DNA of 64,000 nt from NCBI GenBank assembly GCA_050575255.1, contig JBNZDD010013732.1:21152244-21216243 (forward strand). The letters are read 5' to 3'. The DNA comes from Harriotta raleighana (Eukaryota). The notes beneath the pieces were generated by a model that was given only the letters and a program-made list of their open reading frames with translations, searched no databases and was not told the DNA's origin. Shown piece after piece: positions 27,127 to 40,033 of this stretch. Positions within the stretch are counted from its first letter, which is position 1, and the number at the start of each line of letters is the position of its first letter. Made by a program: the position numbers and the translations under genes.

Positions 27127-28134
27127 CAGTTAACCCTCATCGATCGAGGGGGTTACATTTCTGGAAAATTGCGCACTCAACAAAATTGCATTGGAGAAGC
27201 TTAAGAAGTAATGGGAAAAGGGGGGTTAGGGGAATCCAGTTGCAGGCTACCCACCTCAAGCCTCCGAGCACATCCGATGCAAGGTACCTACTGAGGCGGA
27301 CTACAGCTGGCTGGCCCGCTCCTCGCTCCGCCCGCCTTACTCCGCTCTTGTTGCTCCCCCCCCTTCCCCCCCTCCCACCCTGCTCTCATCTCTCCTACCA
27401 CCAGGAAGTTGGCAAATCAGGGCAGCCTGGGACGGAGGCAGAGAGAAATCGGGGAGAGTGGCGGGCAGGTGGGGGGAGGGAACATAGAGCCGCTCGGAGG
27501 CGGGAAAGATTCGGGGAGGTGGGGAGCATAGAGCCAATCGGGGGCGGGGAGGACTCGGGGAGGTGGGGGCAGAGAGCTGATCGGGAGCAGGGGGAACTCG
27601 GGGAGGTGGGGGGCAGAGAACTGCTCGGGGGCGGGCAGGGGGCAGAGTGCTGCAGGCAGTCAGGATGGGAGACGCAGAAAGGTTACAGCGGCTTTTTTAT
27701 CGCTTTACTGCTGTAATAAAGTGATAACAAAGCAGTAAAGCAATAAAAAGAAAGCAATAAAACAACAGGGATTAGGCAACATTACTGTACGATCCTGTCT
27801 GTCTCTTCTGTTTACCATGCTATGTAATAGGGAAGCGTTATTGTATTTACCCAGGAATGGATTGCGCGCAGGGCTAGCCAGCTGAGGAATCATTGGCTTT
27901 AGTCAGGATCTGGTGGCCTCGTGAAAAATGCGCATGCGCGCGGGACCAGCCAGCCGAGGAATCATCGGATTTAGTCGGGAGCTATCAGCATCTTCACCTG
28001 TGCGCATTCGCGCGGGGGTCAGCCAACGGGTATGCACAAGTTTTATGCACGCTGCACAAAAAAGGGATGCTTTTGTTTTGTCGCGTATACTTGAATTCAC
28101 AATCGATAAAGTCGCTTTTGACAAGGGTTAACTA
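27127..28134 (+). mobile_element. MITE family B (Tigger/pogo-like), ~1 kb, GC-rich interior
   Basis: TA|CAGTTAACCCTCATCGA ... TTGACAAGGGTTAACT(A/G)|TA; second copy at 37093-38121. Confidence 0.85.
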
Positions 28135-28401
28135 TATAATATATATAATTATATCATTATATGTTCTTATGCTCTTATAAATATATATATATATATGTTG
28201 GGGAGCGGGAGGGCTGAAAAGAGAAGAAAGTAAAATAATTCTCCTACGTGCAGTAACANTGACAAGGGTTAACTGTATATAATATATATAATTATATCAT
28301 TATATGTTCTTATGCTCTTATAAATATATATATATATATGTTGGGGAGCGGGAGGGCTGAAAAGAGAAGAAAGTAAAATAATTCTCCTACGTGCAGTAAC
28401 A
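28119..28401. repeat. ~140-bp tandem duplication across a single N (probable assembly overlap)
   Basis: 28119-28258 is repeated at 28260-28401 across the N at 28259. Confidence 0.85.
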
Positions 28402-28774
28402 AAAGCTGCCATTATCTCCTGTGGGGAGGGGGTGGAGAAGAGTGGGTAAAAGTAGTCTAAAGTATCTTGCAAAAATATAACTTTAATGCCTTGCCAGACA
28501 TTATGTAGATTTAGGCAGCTATTCATTCCCTTGGCCTGAAGCTTTTGCTAGTTTTACACAGACGGTGGGATTTGCAAAATTCAAATGATGAATTAAAATA
28601 TTTGAGCCAGCTCTGCTGTGGTTTGACAGACTTCTGTAAAAAAAACAGTAATTCTGTCATTTTGAGTTCACAGTGCAATGCCCATTTCCACTTGAAGGTC
28701 ACATTCAGTTTGGATCAAGTTGATCTGAACTGAGCAAAATCTCTTGGCAATTAGGCTCCCCTCTGCCCAGAGTC

Positions 28775-29030
28775 ACATAGAGTTACACAGAGTGATACAG
28801 TGCGGAAACAGGCCACGCAGTCCAACTAGTCTATGCTGGTGTTTATACTTTACACAAGCCCCCACGCCTGCGATTCCCCTCTCCCATTCCCTTGTATTAC
28901 CTCTCCCTTACGTATGAAGTTTTCTCTTCAAGCACTGGTGCTATTTGCTCCAACTACAGCTTCTGGCAGTGAGTTCCACATTATTAATATCCTCTGGGAT
29001 GAAGAAATTTTTCCTGAACTTCCTATTAGC
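28775..29030 (-). mobile_element. CR1-type LINE 3' end (decayed)
   Basis: catagagttacacag...ggaaacaggcc...actagtctatgctggtgtttat...ggcagtgagttccaca resembles a reversed CR1 3' terminus. Confidence 0.55.
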
Positions 29031-29214
29031 TATCTCCGGAGAATTCAGCGAGCTGGGACTCTACCCTGTGTGAAGGTTGCTATTTAAATGCGATTTGTTC
29101 TAGTTGTATGATACATTTGTTGTGATATTTTTCTGGGCTGAATGTTTCTGAGTATTCAACTCAAACTGTTTAACAATTCATCATGTAAATCTCTGATGCC
29201 GGCATTCTAGTCCA

Positions 29215-29597
29215 CATCAATCTCCATTCTCGTCTGCACACTCCAGTCCTCGCCAGTCTCTACTCGCAGATCATGGCAGATTGATTTGAAGGTCCTCATC
29301 CTCACATACAATGGCACTTTCTTATCTCTCTGACCCTCTCCTACCATACTCCTCCACTATCTAGCCCTTGCAACTTGTCTAACTTAGGTTTGTTCCACCC
29401 ACTCTGCCATCATCTGTGGCGGAATGTTTGCTTCCTATGCCCCTAAAGCTCTGAATCTCCCTTTCTACCTTGCCGCAAATCCTACCTCTTCAAATGCAGC
29501 TTATTGGCGAACTTCACACTTGTTCTTCTCCCTCTCCCATGTCTGAGACATTACCCTATGTGAAGGGCATGATATAAATCCAGGTTGTTTTTGTTAT
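29215..29597 (+). mobile_element. Decayed L2-clade LINE 3' fragment
   Basis: gattgatttgaaggtcctcatcctcaca (IDLKVLILT) ... tgagacattaccctatgtgaagggc...ataaatccaggttgtt. Confidence 0.65.
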
Positions 29598-32500
29598 GAG
29601 GAAGCATGAGTGTTTACTGCAGTTAAGTTTGTCTCTGAATCTACACCGCATATGGAAATTCCAATTGGTAATGTGCAATAATGTGCAAAGGCAGAAGCAC
29701 ACATTTAACTGTGTATGACAGGAACTGTATCCAGATCCTTAAATAGCGTGAGACCCAATATAAACAGATATGGTATCACTTAGTATTTTTTTACTTAAAC
29801 GTAAGTTGTGATATTTGTCAAAAGGTCTACAAAGTGCAAATTTTAAAAAAACTTTCACTTTCTTTTTAAGATAACTGCACACACTCATTCTGTCTTAATT
29901 GTAATGATTCATTTGACTTGGGTTCCAATCCAAATAAGACAAAAAGTTTATCTCTCCTGTCGGATTGGCAGTTTGAAACTGTAAATCAAGTACAGTAGAA
30001 ACCAAAAAAGAAGCATAAAACGATTCAGAGCCTGTTTAACTCAAAACGTTTTTCCCCATCAAAGGATAGTGAGTGGCAAGATTCCGCTTTTCATTAAATT
30101 AATAAGAGCAGATGTGAAATGTTGACTATTTGACAATTAGAAATGGCAGCAGTGGGGGTTGAATCAAAGAGAGGTCAGATGTAGAGATCACATTTCCTTT
30201 CTTACATTCTTCAGCTGCTCTAACAATCAGATTGAATTAATGTCAGTTCAGCTATGATGGTTTTTGCCCTTTGTCTTTTACTGTGGTACTAGATTGCTTC
30301 CCTAGATACTCATTAAAGGTCATTATATCATTACTTGGCTTGGTTTCGGTGTGGACCCCAGTAAGGTTAGCACACTTCATGGTTTTGTTAGACAATTTTC
30401 TTTCATTACAACACACGTTTTTGATATTTCAGTGTGATTGCATAACCCATTCCATGAATTGTCACAAGCAATAGCAGTAACTATCTCTGACTTTTTCTGG
30501 CCATCTTGCAAGCACAGGCTGCATTTCAAAGGGATTTCAGAGAATCCACAAACTGAAATCCAGACTTTCACTTGTATGGTACCAAAGACAGACTTTCTTT
30601 CTTGAACTAAATCCAAGGCTCACTGCCCTTGATTGTGGCTCATGATATTTAATTTGCAGTAGACCAAATAACACAGGGAAAAGCCACAATTGAAGCAAGC
30701 ATTTGAAACACTTTTTCGTAGTATTTTCTCCCTTTCTCCCTGTACTTTGTTTTGGTTTCCAGTAAGTGACATCTGTTTCAGGGTCATTTCGAGCATGTAT
30801 TTACAGCAAATACAATCACATATTTTAGTGACATTTGAAGAAAAGCTCAGATGCTTACACTGTGATCCTTGTCCAGCGGTTTTGTCCACAGATCTGTTGA
30901 CATGACACAGAAGCACCTGCAAGGTGATATTACCACAGACAAACTAGTAGTCAAACTGTAGGGAGGTGCTGTGTGGGGTGGGGTACATGGACAAAGAGCA
31001 GTGATTGGGGAGGGTACAAGGAGACAAATTTTACTGATTAGAAACTGCTGGCTCTACAAGTTGCTTTGAGTAAATAAGCATTATAAATTGGTGGATTGAC
31101 ATGCCATGTCACATAATGGTAAACATAGGGATTTGTTCTCATTATTTCCCCCCTCTCCTCCCACCCTATGAACCTTATCAAAGCTGAGCCCTTGGGAGAG
31201 GTACTGAAAGGAGGGATGGGCAAGGATATCACCCATGGCTGTTCTCACACTGTTGATTATAAAGCAGCATTGACAGAGGCCTGGGAGCAACTTGGCTATC
31301 TGTAGACTTAACCAGGAATGGTTTGAGACAGCGGAGAGACCCAGAGAGGAATTGAATTGTGGAATTGAATGAAAAAACAAGGGCCATAAATCTACACATA
31401 ACCTGATGCAGTGTCCGGCACTTTATGGATACACAACAATAGGAACAGGAGGAAAGTATTCAGCCCATCGGGCCTTTTAGTTCAGTTTGTTAGATCCCTT
31501 TTTGCCTATCTTTTCTCCTTTCCAGCACCTTAGGTGCTGACTTGAAAGGCGCTATACAATTGTAATTTTGTTGTTGTTGTTTCCCCTTCAGACAAGGAGG
31601 AGAGAAGGGTTGCCTGAGGTGAAGGCAGTTTCAAGGCAGGCATATAGATTAAACGCTTCAAACTGCTAACTGGCATTGTACTTGGACCTCTGGAACATTA
31701 AAGTGGCTGGCATGTCAGTTGTCCTCTATAGGTCCTCCCACCACATTGATAGCTTACAAGGAGCCTCTATAACTTTGGATAACAGCTGTTAGAAGACATT
31801 AGCCGTAATCCAGGTTCATAAACACACATACAGGGCGTATCCACCTTGGATCCACCTTGATTGATGTGCAGAGAGTGAGTAGTTGCTGCTTATCTTTTGA
31901 ATATCCTTTGAACTGACAGAACTATCATTCAATGGATTGGTTGTGGGGGAGTCCATACTATGGGCAGGCAGTATTACTCCCCATTGAGAGAGTGCACATT
32001 TCATTGCAGACACTGGGAAATTTCCTTGTGCCTGTGGCATACATACATGGAATATGTTTTGTATACACTTAACCACAGTGATGTTACAGAAGTTCAGCTG
32101 ACCAAAAGAAAAACCTGTTTCTTTAACACATTCAATTGTTTGGTGGTGAGGGTGGGGCATTCCACCATTGCTTTTAAGTGAGAGACCAGGGTTTTGGGTT
32201 GGAGGAGGGAGGAGTAGAGGACAAACATCTTCACTGGACTCTTCTCAACATCTTGTAGTGAAAGCTGGTAGCAGATTCCCCATCCGCTTGTCATCTCAGT
32301 CATGGCTGACATTTGGATCAGCACAGTTATATAACGCAGAGGTAGAAAGTACTTTCGTTTTTGAAAAAGGGAAAAGGAAATGCTATAATCTTCAGGAAAC
32401 TCCCCAAAACTGGAATTTTAAGAATGGTAAATCACAGCGGACAATATTTTTTTTTTTTTTAATGTTAATCTGAATGGATAGTTGCTGTCAGTTATTTTGT

Positions 32501-33601
32501 AAAGTGGAACAAGTGGCATCTAATGCTGTATATACACATTAACAAAGCAGATTCGCACTTGTAATTGACCACTCTAGAGCAGCAGAGACAAAGGAAAGCT
32601 GTTTCCTTGTTTGAAGCTGCTTTCTTATTATTAAGGCAAGCGCGCCTTAATAGTGAAGGATAGAAGGTTGGAATTGTTCAGAGAGCACTAGAGTGTCAGC
32701 AGAGCAATTGCTCTCAAATTTAAAATATTCAAGTAAAGGTAAAAAAAAGAAAAAAAATGCTTTTGATTTAGCTGGAGAAACATTCCACAGTTATATTGGA
32801 GCTCTGACACAGATGACAGCCCTCCTTTCATTGCAGTGTTCAGAAGTGATCTGAGTTCACTTCCAGCAGGATTTGGAGCAGGAAACCACATTACATTTAG
32901 CTCTCCAAATCACATTAGCCAAGGGTTGACGAGAGCTCTGCTAAGGTGCAAATAAACACACGCTCAGAGCTCCACTAACCAAAGCCAAACTCCAGTCAGC
33001 TTCTGTAGTGAAGAGCTGGTCCTGTGGATAACGCTTGAATAACATTAAAAAACAACAAGGTTGTTCAAGAACTTTTTAGAAGCCATTCTATAAGAAATAA
33101 TCTGGTGAAATAACCTTCTCAAGGTGAATTGCTTTTGATTTTGAACCTAAAACACTATTTAATCTCCTGTTTAGCGTTGATTCAGTGACATTTGTGCATT
33201 AAATCGACGTGTAATCACAGAGTATGTAAGGTTAAGAGCTGAGGTTTAGACCTGCTCAAGAATCAAACTCAGGTCCTCTTGGTTGTGGTTCTACAAGACT
33301 TCTGTTGTGCATAAATTCTGATAAAATGAATGGAGGATTATAGAATGCCATACTGTTCTTTCCATTCCCAATATGAGTCTGGTGAAAGTACGTATTGCAG
33401 TGCACGATTCTACCCAATTTTGCTCTGCGGGAGTCTTCTCCCAAGTGTTAGATTGCTGTAAATCATCTCCACCCAATCGTTGTATGTAGACGTCTTGTCC
33501 CAAGTGTAGGATTACAGTGTACATTCCCATTGACTCCTATTATGTATAATTCCTGATCCAGGCACAACCTTGAGCCAAATAGAACATTACTTGGCAAATT
33601 A

Positions 33602-33975
33602 CAGTAAAACCTTGTTTATCCGTGACCTGATCAACCAGATTGCTCAACCACCTCCCTGGGCAATCCCCCATTCCAGGAATTGCAAGTTTGCTCATTTTGC
33701 GCATGCGTGCAATGCGTGCACATGCGCCCTTATTAAATTTATACACTTGGGATTTTTACCGATCTTTTTACCGAGTGTGCTGGAATGCTTTATTGGTAAG
33801 TATCCATACAATATTCTGTTACTATTTAGTCTATTATTTAAAACATGGTATGTTTTAAAATAAGTTAACTTTTTATGTTGGGTTTTTGGCAACTTGTCCC
33901 CTGTTTATCCGGCACAGTCAATTAGTCGACCCCCCACGCCCCTCCCCCACATGCCGGATAAACAAGGTTTTACTG
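33602..33975. mobile_element. MITE family A short variant, 374 bp, perfect 21-bp TIRs, TA duplication
   Basis: TA|CAGTAAAACCTTGTTTATCCG ... CGGATAAACAAGGTTTTACTG|TA. Confidence 0.92.
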
Positions 33976-34254
33976 TAGTTCTTTCTTTATCGGGGTTTGA
34001 CTTTATTTAACTGCAACTAGCTAGTATAGATGTTAGAACAACTATGAATACAACATTTTAATCTTATTCAATCTGACATTTATTCTTCTTTTCTGTTAGC
34101 ATTTGTAGAATAGAATAGTGCAAACATTACAGGGAGATCCAAATACTTTTGACATTTTTCCATAAACCTCTACTTTTTTGTACCTTATTTCCAACTGGCT
34201 GTTTAAATTCATATAACATATAAACTAATACCTCATCCATATTGGGGCTCGGAA

Positions 34255-34565
34255 CTCGCAATATAGATTGACATTCTATTGAAATGCTGGGGGTGCTTTA
34301 CATTGTCGGAGATGCAATCCTTTGGATGAGACATTAAAACTTAAAAATGCCATAGCACAATTCCAAAAGTGAAGGAAATTTTTCACAGTGCCCTGGCAAA
34401 TATATTGACCAAGATAAAATTAGCCAATCACCCATGGCTATTGGTGGAACATTGCTGCGTGCAAATTGGCTTTTGTGTTTGCCCTTAAATAGTCACTGCA
34501 CTTCACAGTAAAATTTTGTGAAGCATTGTGAGACACCTTAACGGCTTGATGAGCCGCTGCATCAA
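34255..34565 (+). mobile_element. Decayed Deu-type SINE
   Basis: cattgtcggagatgcaatcctttggatgagacattaaaac...gctgcgtgcaaattggc...gtgaagcattgtgagaca. Confidence 0.65.
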
Positions 34566-34669
34566 ACACGTGTGTAATTGCCATCATTTATTATGTAATT
34601 GCTCAACCATAAATTAATTATTCAATTACAAAAATTGTTACCTGCACAATTTTGTTTTGCTAAATTGCC

Positions 34670-35230
34670 TTCCCAATTTCTCCCTCCATAGGCTGCAGAT
34701 CATCCAGAACTTTGCAGCCCATGTCCTCCACCATTCCAAGCTCTGCGATCCCATCTCCCCAATTCTCGCCTGACTCCATTGGCTCCCCATCACCCATCAC
34801 CCAGAGGATTCAATTCAAAATACTGGTCCTCGCCTTCAAAGCCCTCCACAGCTTTGCTTCCCCCCACCACCTCCCACCTTTGTGACCTCCTAACCTCCCT
34901 ATCAACTTGCCCACTCCCTCTCCTCAGTGGGCTGCTGCCTGCTTCATGCCCCAGACCCACCATCAGCGGGCGAGCCTTCAGCCATTCTGCCGCTAACCTC
35001 TGGAATTCCATCCCACAGTCCCTCCACCTCACCCCCTACCTAGCTTTCTTCAAGTCCCGTCTCAAAACCTTCCTCTTCGATGGTCCCATTGGTACCTCAA
35101 ATCCCCTTCTTTCCCTCCACTCGCCCCGATTCCAACCCCAGCTCGGGTCTGAAATACTAACTGTCCAGCGCTTTGGGACGTCCTCCCAACGTGAAAGGCA
35201 CTATACAAATGTAATTTTGTTGTTGATGTT
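34670..35230 (+). mobile_element. L2-clade LINE 3' fragment
   Basis: Decayed LHWLP...RIQFKILVLAFKAL and GRAFSHSAANLWNSIP...FKSRLKTFLF (ORF 34779..35288); L2 tail. Confidence 0.88.
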
Positions 35231-37092
35231 TGCATGTTTTTTGAGAATCAAAGCAGATTTGGCCCTGACATTCGTAGTGAACATCTGACAAATAAGTCAA
35301 GTTAACGGCAGCACAACTGGCAACAGAGTAAAGGGTCCTATGCTCTTCCCCAACAAATTAACTGAACCCGAACTTTACAAGAGCAACCCCCAAATTTGTG
35401 ACATTTCCATTTCCTCTTTGGGTGAGATGGCAACATTTGTGCCAAATCAGCCAACAGTTTTAATTTTTGGAAGCACAGTCAGGTAGAAAAGGTTTGAGAG
35501 CGGAAAAAAATACTAACTGGAAATTGTAACAAAGGGCTTCTGGTCCCTGTGTACATTTTATGCGAAGTAGCCTTGCAACATTTACTTACCTGTATAAGCA
35601 ATTATTTTTCCGCACAAGAAGATGTATAAGTCTCTTGATGTGTAAATGTTATGAGAATCAATTTGACTCTTTTTTAATTGACAAGACCACTATTGCTTTG
35701 TACAATTTTGGAGGTGAGCTAGGAAATGAGTGGAATGGCACAATATGGGTATTTTGATCCATCAACTATATAAGTGCAAATTGAAATGATTAATGTGAGT
35801 GCTTTCTACATTAGTATAAACTTAAAAGTGCATTTATCATTACAACTATCCTGTTGAACTCTTACAAAGTTAAAATCATGGAAAACATTATTACCCCATG
35901 GAGAACAACTCATTATTTTCTAAGCAGGCAGCCGTTTGACTGGTAGCAGAAAGAATTATATTGCAGATGATATTGGACCTGTACAAGCATCTTTCATGTA
36001 CTGTCAAGGCATTGCGGAGGCCATAGGTTCAGGAATTAATTTATTAAACAGTTAATTAATTAATTAGTTTGATTATAAGAAACCACTTGATACTGTGATA
36101 AGAAGACAATAGGACCTGTTATTTTCATGGATCAGGTCAAAGGATTCTTCCTCAGAATTTCCCTTGTGATCAGTTGGCCACAGAAGCCATGATAAAAGGT
36201 AACTTCCAAATCCCAAGCTTCCCTCAGAAGAAGCATAGTCTGGTAGTCTTTACTGACAGGCAGATGCTAACTTGTTGTTAGTTTAGCCCAATGGAATCAT
36301 TTAGCATCTTGTACAAACCTTAAGATTTGTAGTAAATAAAAATTGCTTGTCGAGCATTGTTGTTGGGCTTTGCTTACCCATTTATACAACTGTGCGATCC
36401 TGAAAAAAAGACAATTTACATCCCTACTTTGCTTATGTAAACAAGGCTGCCACCATTACATTGTCAAGGCATTTGACACATAACTCTGACAGGTGCTTCT
36501 CCAGTAAAGCAAATTGACAGTCAACAATCTTAGAAATTGATAACTCATCACATTTCACGGTTGTTTGTGGGACTGTACTGTCACAGAAATTGCTGTCACG
36601 TTTTTCCTGCAAGAAATTGCATTTGACATTAATTGCTAGTGATGAGTTTGTACTATTCTGACATAAGACATAATAAAAATGTCTTTGCTTAAACAATTGG
36701 AAACAAGAAAAAGTAATTTCACCTTTTTTGCCTAGCCCTGTTTCGACGAGCCGACATCACATTCATGGTACCTGGTAGCATGGTAGTCATTAAGTTAACA
36801 ATTCTTAAGTGAGAGTTAGTTCTATTTTTAGTTGCATTTAACTCAGATCAAATCTTTGGCTACAAATATTTTCAGTATGGATCAAAGAAAAGATCTTTGT
36901 AAAACGTTCTGTCACTGGCGCATTCCATGGTCTGCCAGATTAAAAGGGCAAGTGCACAACTCATTGATTAATTAAGACTCATTAGCTTACAGTTCTAAAA
37001 TTTTACTTAGGGTACTGTGAATGGGAAATTAGGTCCTTTTAATAATTGTTGATTTGTTTACCTTTTGGGGTGGGGGTTGGGAGTGGAGCAGT

Positions 37093-38121
37093 AAGTTAAC
37101 CCTCGTCGATTGCGGGGCTTACGTTCCCGGGAAAACTGCACATTAAACGAAATCACGTTAGAGAAGCTTAAGAAGTAATGGGAAAACGGGGGTTAGGGGA
37201 ATCCAGTCACAGGCTACCCATCTCAAGCCTCCAGCACATCCGATGCAAGGTACCTACTGAGGCGGGCTACAGCTGGCTGGCCCGCTCCTCACTCCGCCCG
37301 CCTCTCCCCACTCTTGTTGCTCCCCCCCCCACTCTTCCTGCTATCGTCTCTCCTACACCCAGGAAGTGGGCAAATCAGGGCAGCCTGGGAGGGAGGCAGA
37401 GAGAAATTGGGGAGAGGGTGGGCAGGCAGGAGGGGAGGGAACAGAGAACCGCTTGGAGGCACGGGGGACTCGGGAGGTGCAGGGCAGTGAGCTGCTCGGA
37501 GGCAGCGGGGACTCGCGTAGGTGCGGGGGAGAGAGCCGATTGAAGGCACGGCGGGACTCAGTAGAGGTGCGGGGCAGCAAGCCGCTCAGAAGTGAGGTGG
37601 GGGGGGGACTCGGCGAGGTGGGGGCAGCGAGTCGCTCGGAGGGTAGAGTGCTGAGGACATAGAAAGGTTACAGCAGCTTTGTTATCACTTTATTGCTATA
37701 ATAAAGTGATAACAAAGCAGTAAAGCAGTAAAAAAAAGCAATGAAACAACAGGGTAGATTAGCCTACATTGCTGGACAATCCTGTCTCTCTGTCTCTTCT
37801 GTTTACCATGCAATCCAATACGATTCTCCGAGGCCAAAGCGTTGTTGTATTTACCCAGAATGCATTGCGCGTGGGGCCAGCCAGCCGAAGAATCTTCGGC
37901 TTTAGTCGGGATCTGCCAGCCTCGTCAAAAATGCGCATGCGTGTGGGACCAGCCAGCTGAGGAATCATCGGATTTAGTAGGGAGCTATCGGCGTCTTCAC
38001 CCGTGCGAATGCGTGTAAACACAAGTTTTATGTGCGCTGCACAAAAAAGTGATGCTTTTGTTTCATCGCGTATTCTTGAATTCGCAATCGATAAAAGTCA
38101 CCTTCGATGAGGATTTAACTA
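37093..38121 (+). mobile_element. MITE family B, second copy
   Basis: AGTTAACCCTCGTCGA ... TCGATGAGGATTTAACT; collinear with 27127-28134. Confidence 0.85.
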
Positions 38122-40000
38122 TATATCTTATTTTGTGTATAAGAAATCCCTACATAGGTCTAAATACATGTTGAGCCACCATAGGTGTTATGTATTCTGT
38201 ATAATATTTAACACATAAATGCTCCAGACATGGAAACTATTCCTTTATTAACTGCAAACCTATTCCTTGGAACTGTTAGCCCTGCATGGACATACTAAAG
38301 AGGGTGTGGATATAACTGGTCTTATAAATGTAGCCTATTTAGGCCAACCGGAAGAGATACTGAAGCTTTAAGAAGAGAGGTCAGAAATTTCTATTGCTGA
38401 AGGCAGTTGTTAGCACGGGCTTGTTACTACTGTGTTTCTTACTAGGGTCACTGGAAACTAAATAGCGAGTGGCTTGTTGTGATGTGGACAGGCTGGAAAT
38501 GATGCTGTCCGCATTTTGTGCTGTGAATTCAGTGGAAGGTTTATGTGTGGTGACATGGAAATTATGTTTGCATTTTCATTTTGGTAGTGCTGCTGGTTGT
38601 CATGAAACTCACACTGACAGTTCTTTACCACCAGGCAGTAGATTCTTCTTGCAACATTTTTTGTGCAAGACAGATGCTACACAGTTATTTTTCAGAGTCC
38701 TTTTGCTCTGGACTATTCCAAGCGACAGATGCCAGGACAAGAACTATTTCCCATGAACATTTCTGTCACAGCTTTGCCTTGAGCGCAAAGTGTGACCTTT
38801 TGTGAATAAAACAAAAGCTTTTATGAAGAAGCGAAAACCTTCATCCAGAGCAAGCTCAAAGCAAATTTCAGGTCCTGTTCCCTTTCTCTGTCCACCTGGA
38901 TTAGAGGTCCAGTTTCACCCCAGCTCTCCAAATGCAGGCAGCAATCGGCCTTGTCACTTTAGAATTTAATAATTGTCGTGAGGCAGTTCTTATGTGAGTT
39001 TTATACAAATACATTCGGGAGAGAAAGGGATGCAGAGAACCAATTAGATTGCCTGGGAACTCTTGCATGCTCAGTTCTGCATAGTCACCACACTTTATTT
39101 TTACTGTCAAGACTGTTTGCAGCTAATTTAGGTCTTATCTTGATCATAGAATTTAGCACAATTGTTTATTGGGTGGGGGTTAATTTTTCCAGCGGAAATC
39201 TAGTGGGTCTGATTTTTAAGTGGATGAGTAAACCCTCCCTCCCTGCTGGCCTCTTCCTATCCTCCTTTTTTCCCTCTGCCTTTCATCCATTCCCTACTCT
39301 AATTGTAGACTTTTCCCCCAGCAATCCACAAGGAATTGATGGACAGGAATGTTCTAGCACAGGATGCTGACTGCATGATAGCAATAAAAACTGCCTTTTG
39401 TCTGCCTTGTGCCCTGTTTCCTTGTGTTGTAGTTAACCACGACATAAGGTGGTACAGGTGCACAGGTTTTGAACTTTAAAGCAAACTGAGCCAACACAAT
39501 CCCTGCCATTTCTCCCTTGCTCTGCTCTATTGATCGAGGTAAGAGAGACACACCTGTGCACTGTTTGGAAAATCCTCGAGGTTGGCACGCTTTGAGACGA
39601 ACGGGGAAGCACAACATTCAAAAAGCATTTGCCGATAATGGCACCCATTATACAGTATATACACTTGGTTCATTTCACCACTGATAGAATTTAAACTCAT
39701 GTGGAGTATAAACACTGGCATGTACTTGTTGGCACTGTTTTGTGCCAACAATGTACTGTACAATCTGTGTAAATCTATGTAGAATGTCTGCTGGAGATGA
39801 ACGGCATTCAAAGTAGCAATTTTCTGGATGAAAGTTCAAAACGGCGTGCATACTTGATGTCGACCATTGAAAATCAAGTGCTTTGTACTTAATGAATCTA
39901 TTCCCCACTCCTGTTGCTTGTCATGGACAATCTCTCATGGTGCATGACACACATTTATTGTCATTTTCTTAACCTGTCATTTTCTTTCCATTGTCTTCAG

Positions 40001-40033
40001 CAAAGTATAACTTTAACGGATTTATCACCTCAA
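40001..40033 (+). CDS. KCNMA1: Probable KCNMA1 alternative 33-nt exon at site C2: (P)KYNFNGFITS(I)
   Basis: Strong acceptor tttctttccattgtcttcAG and donor CAA|gtaagt; phase 1-1 with an open frame; flanked by TGCATG and YCAY clusters. Confidence 0.75.

Noticed and set aside
27111-27716. Longest ORF (201 aa) and related ORFs at 37178-37662
   Set aside because: Stop-poor GC-rich MITE interior; frames are not preserved between the two copies and there are no transposase motifs.
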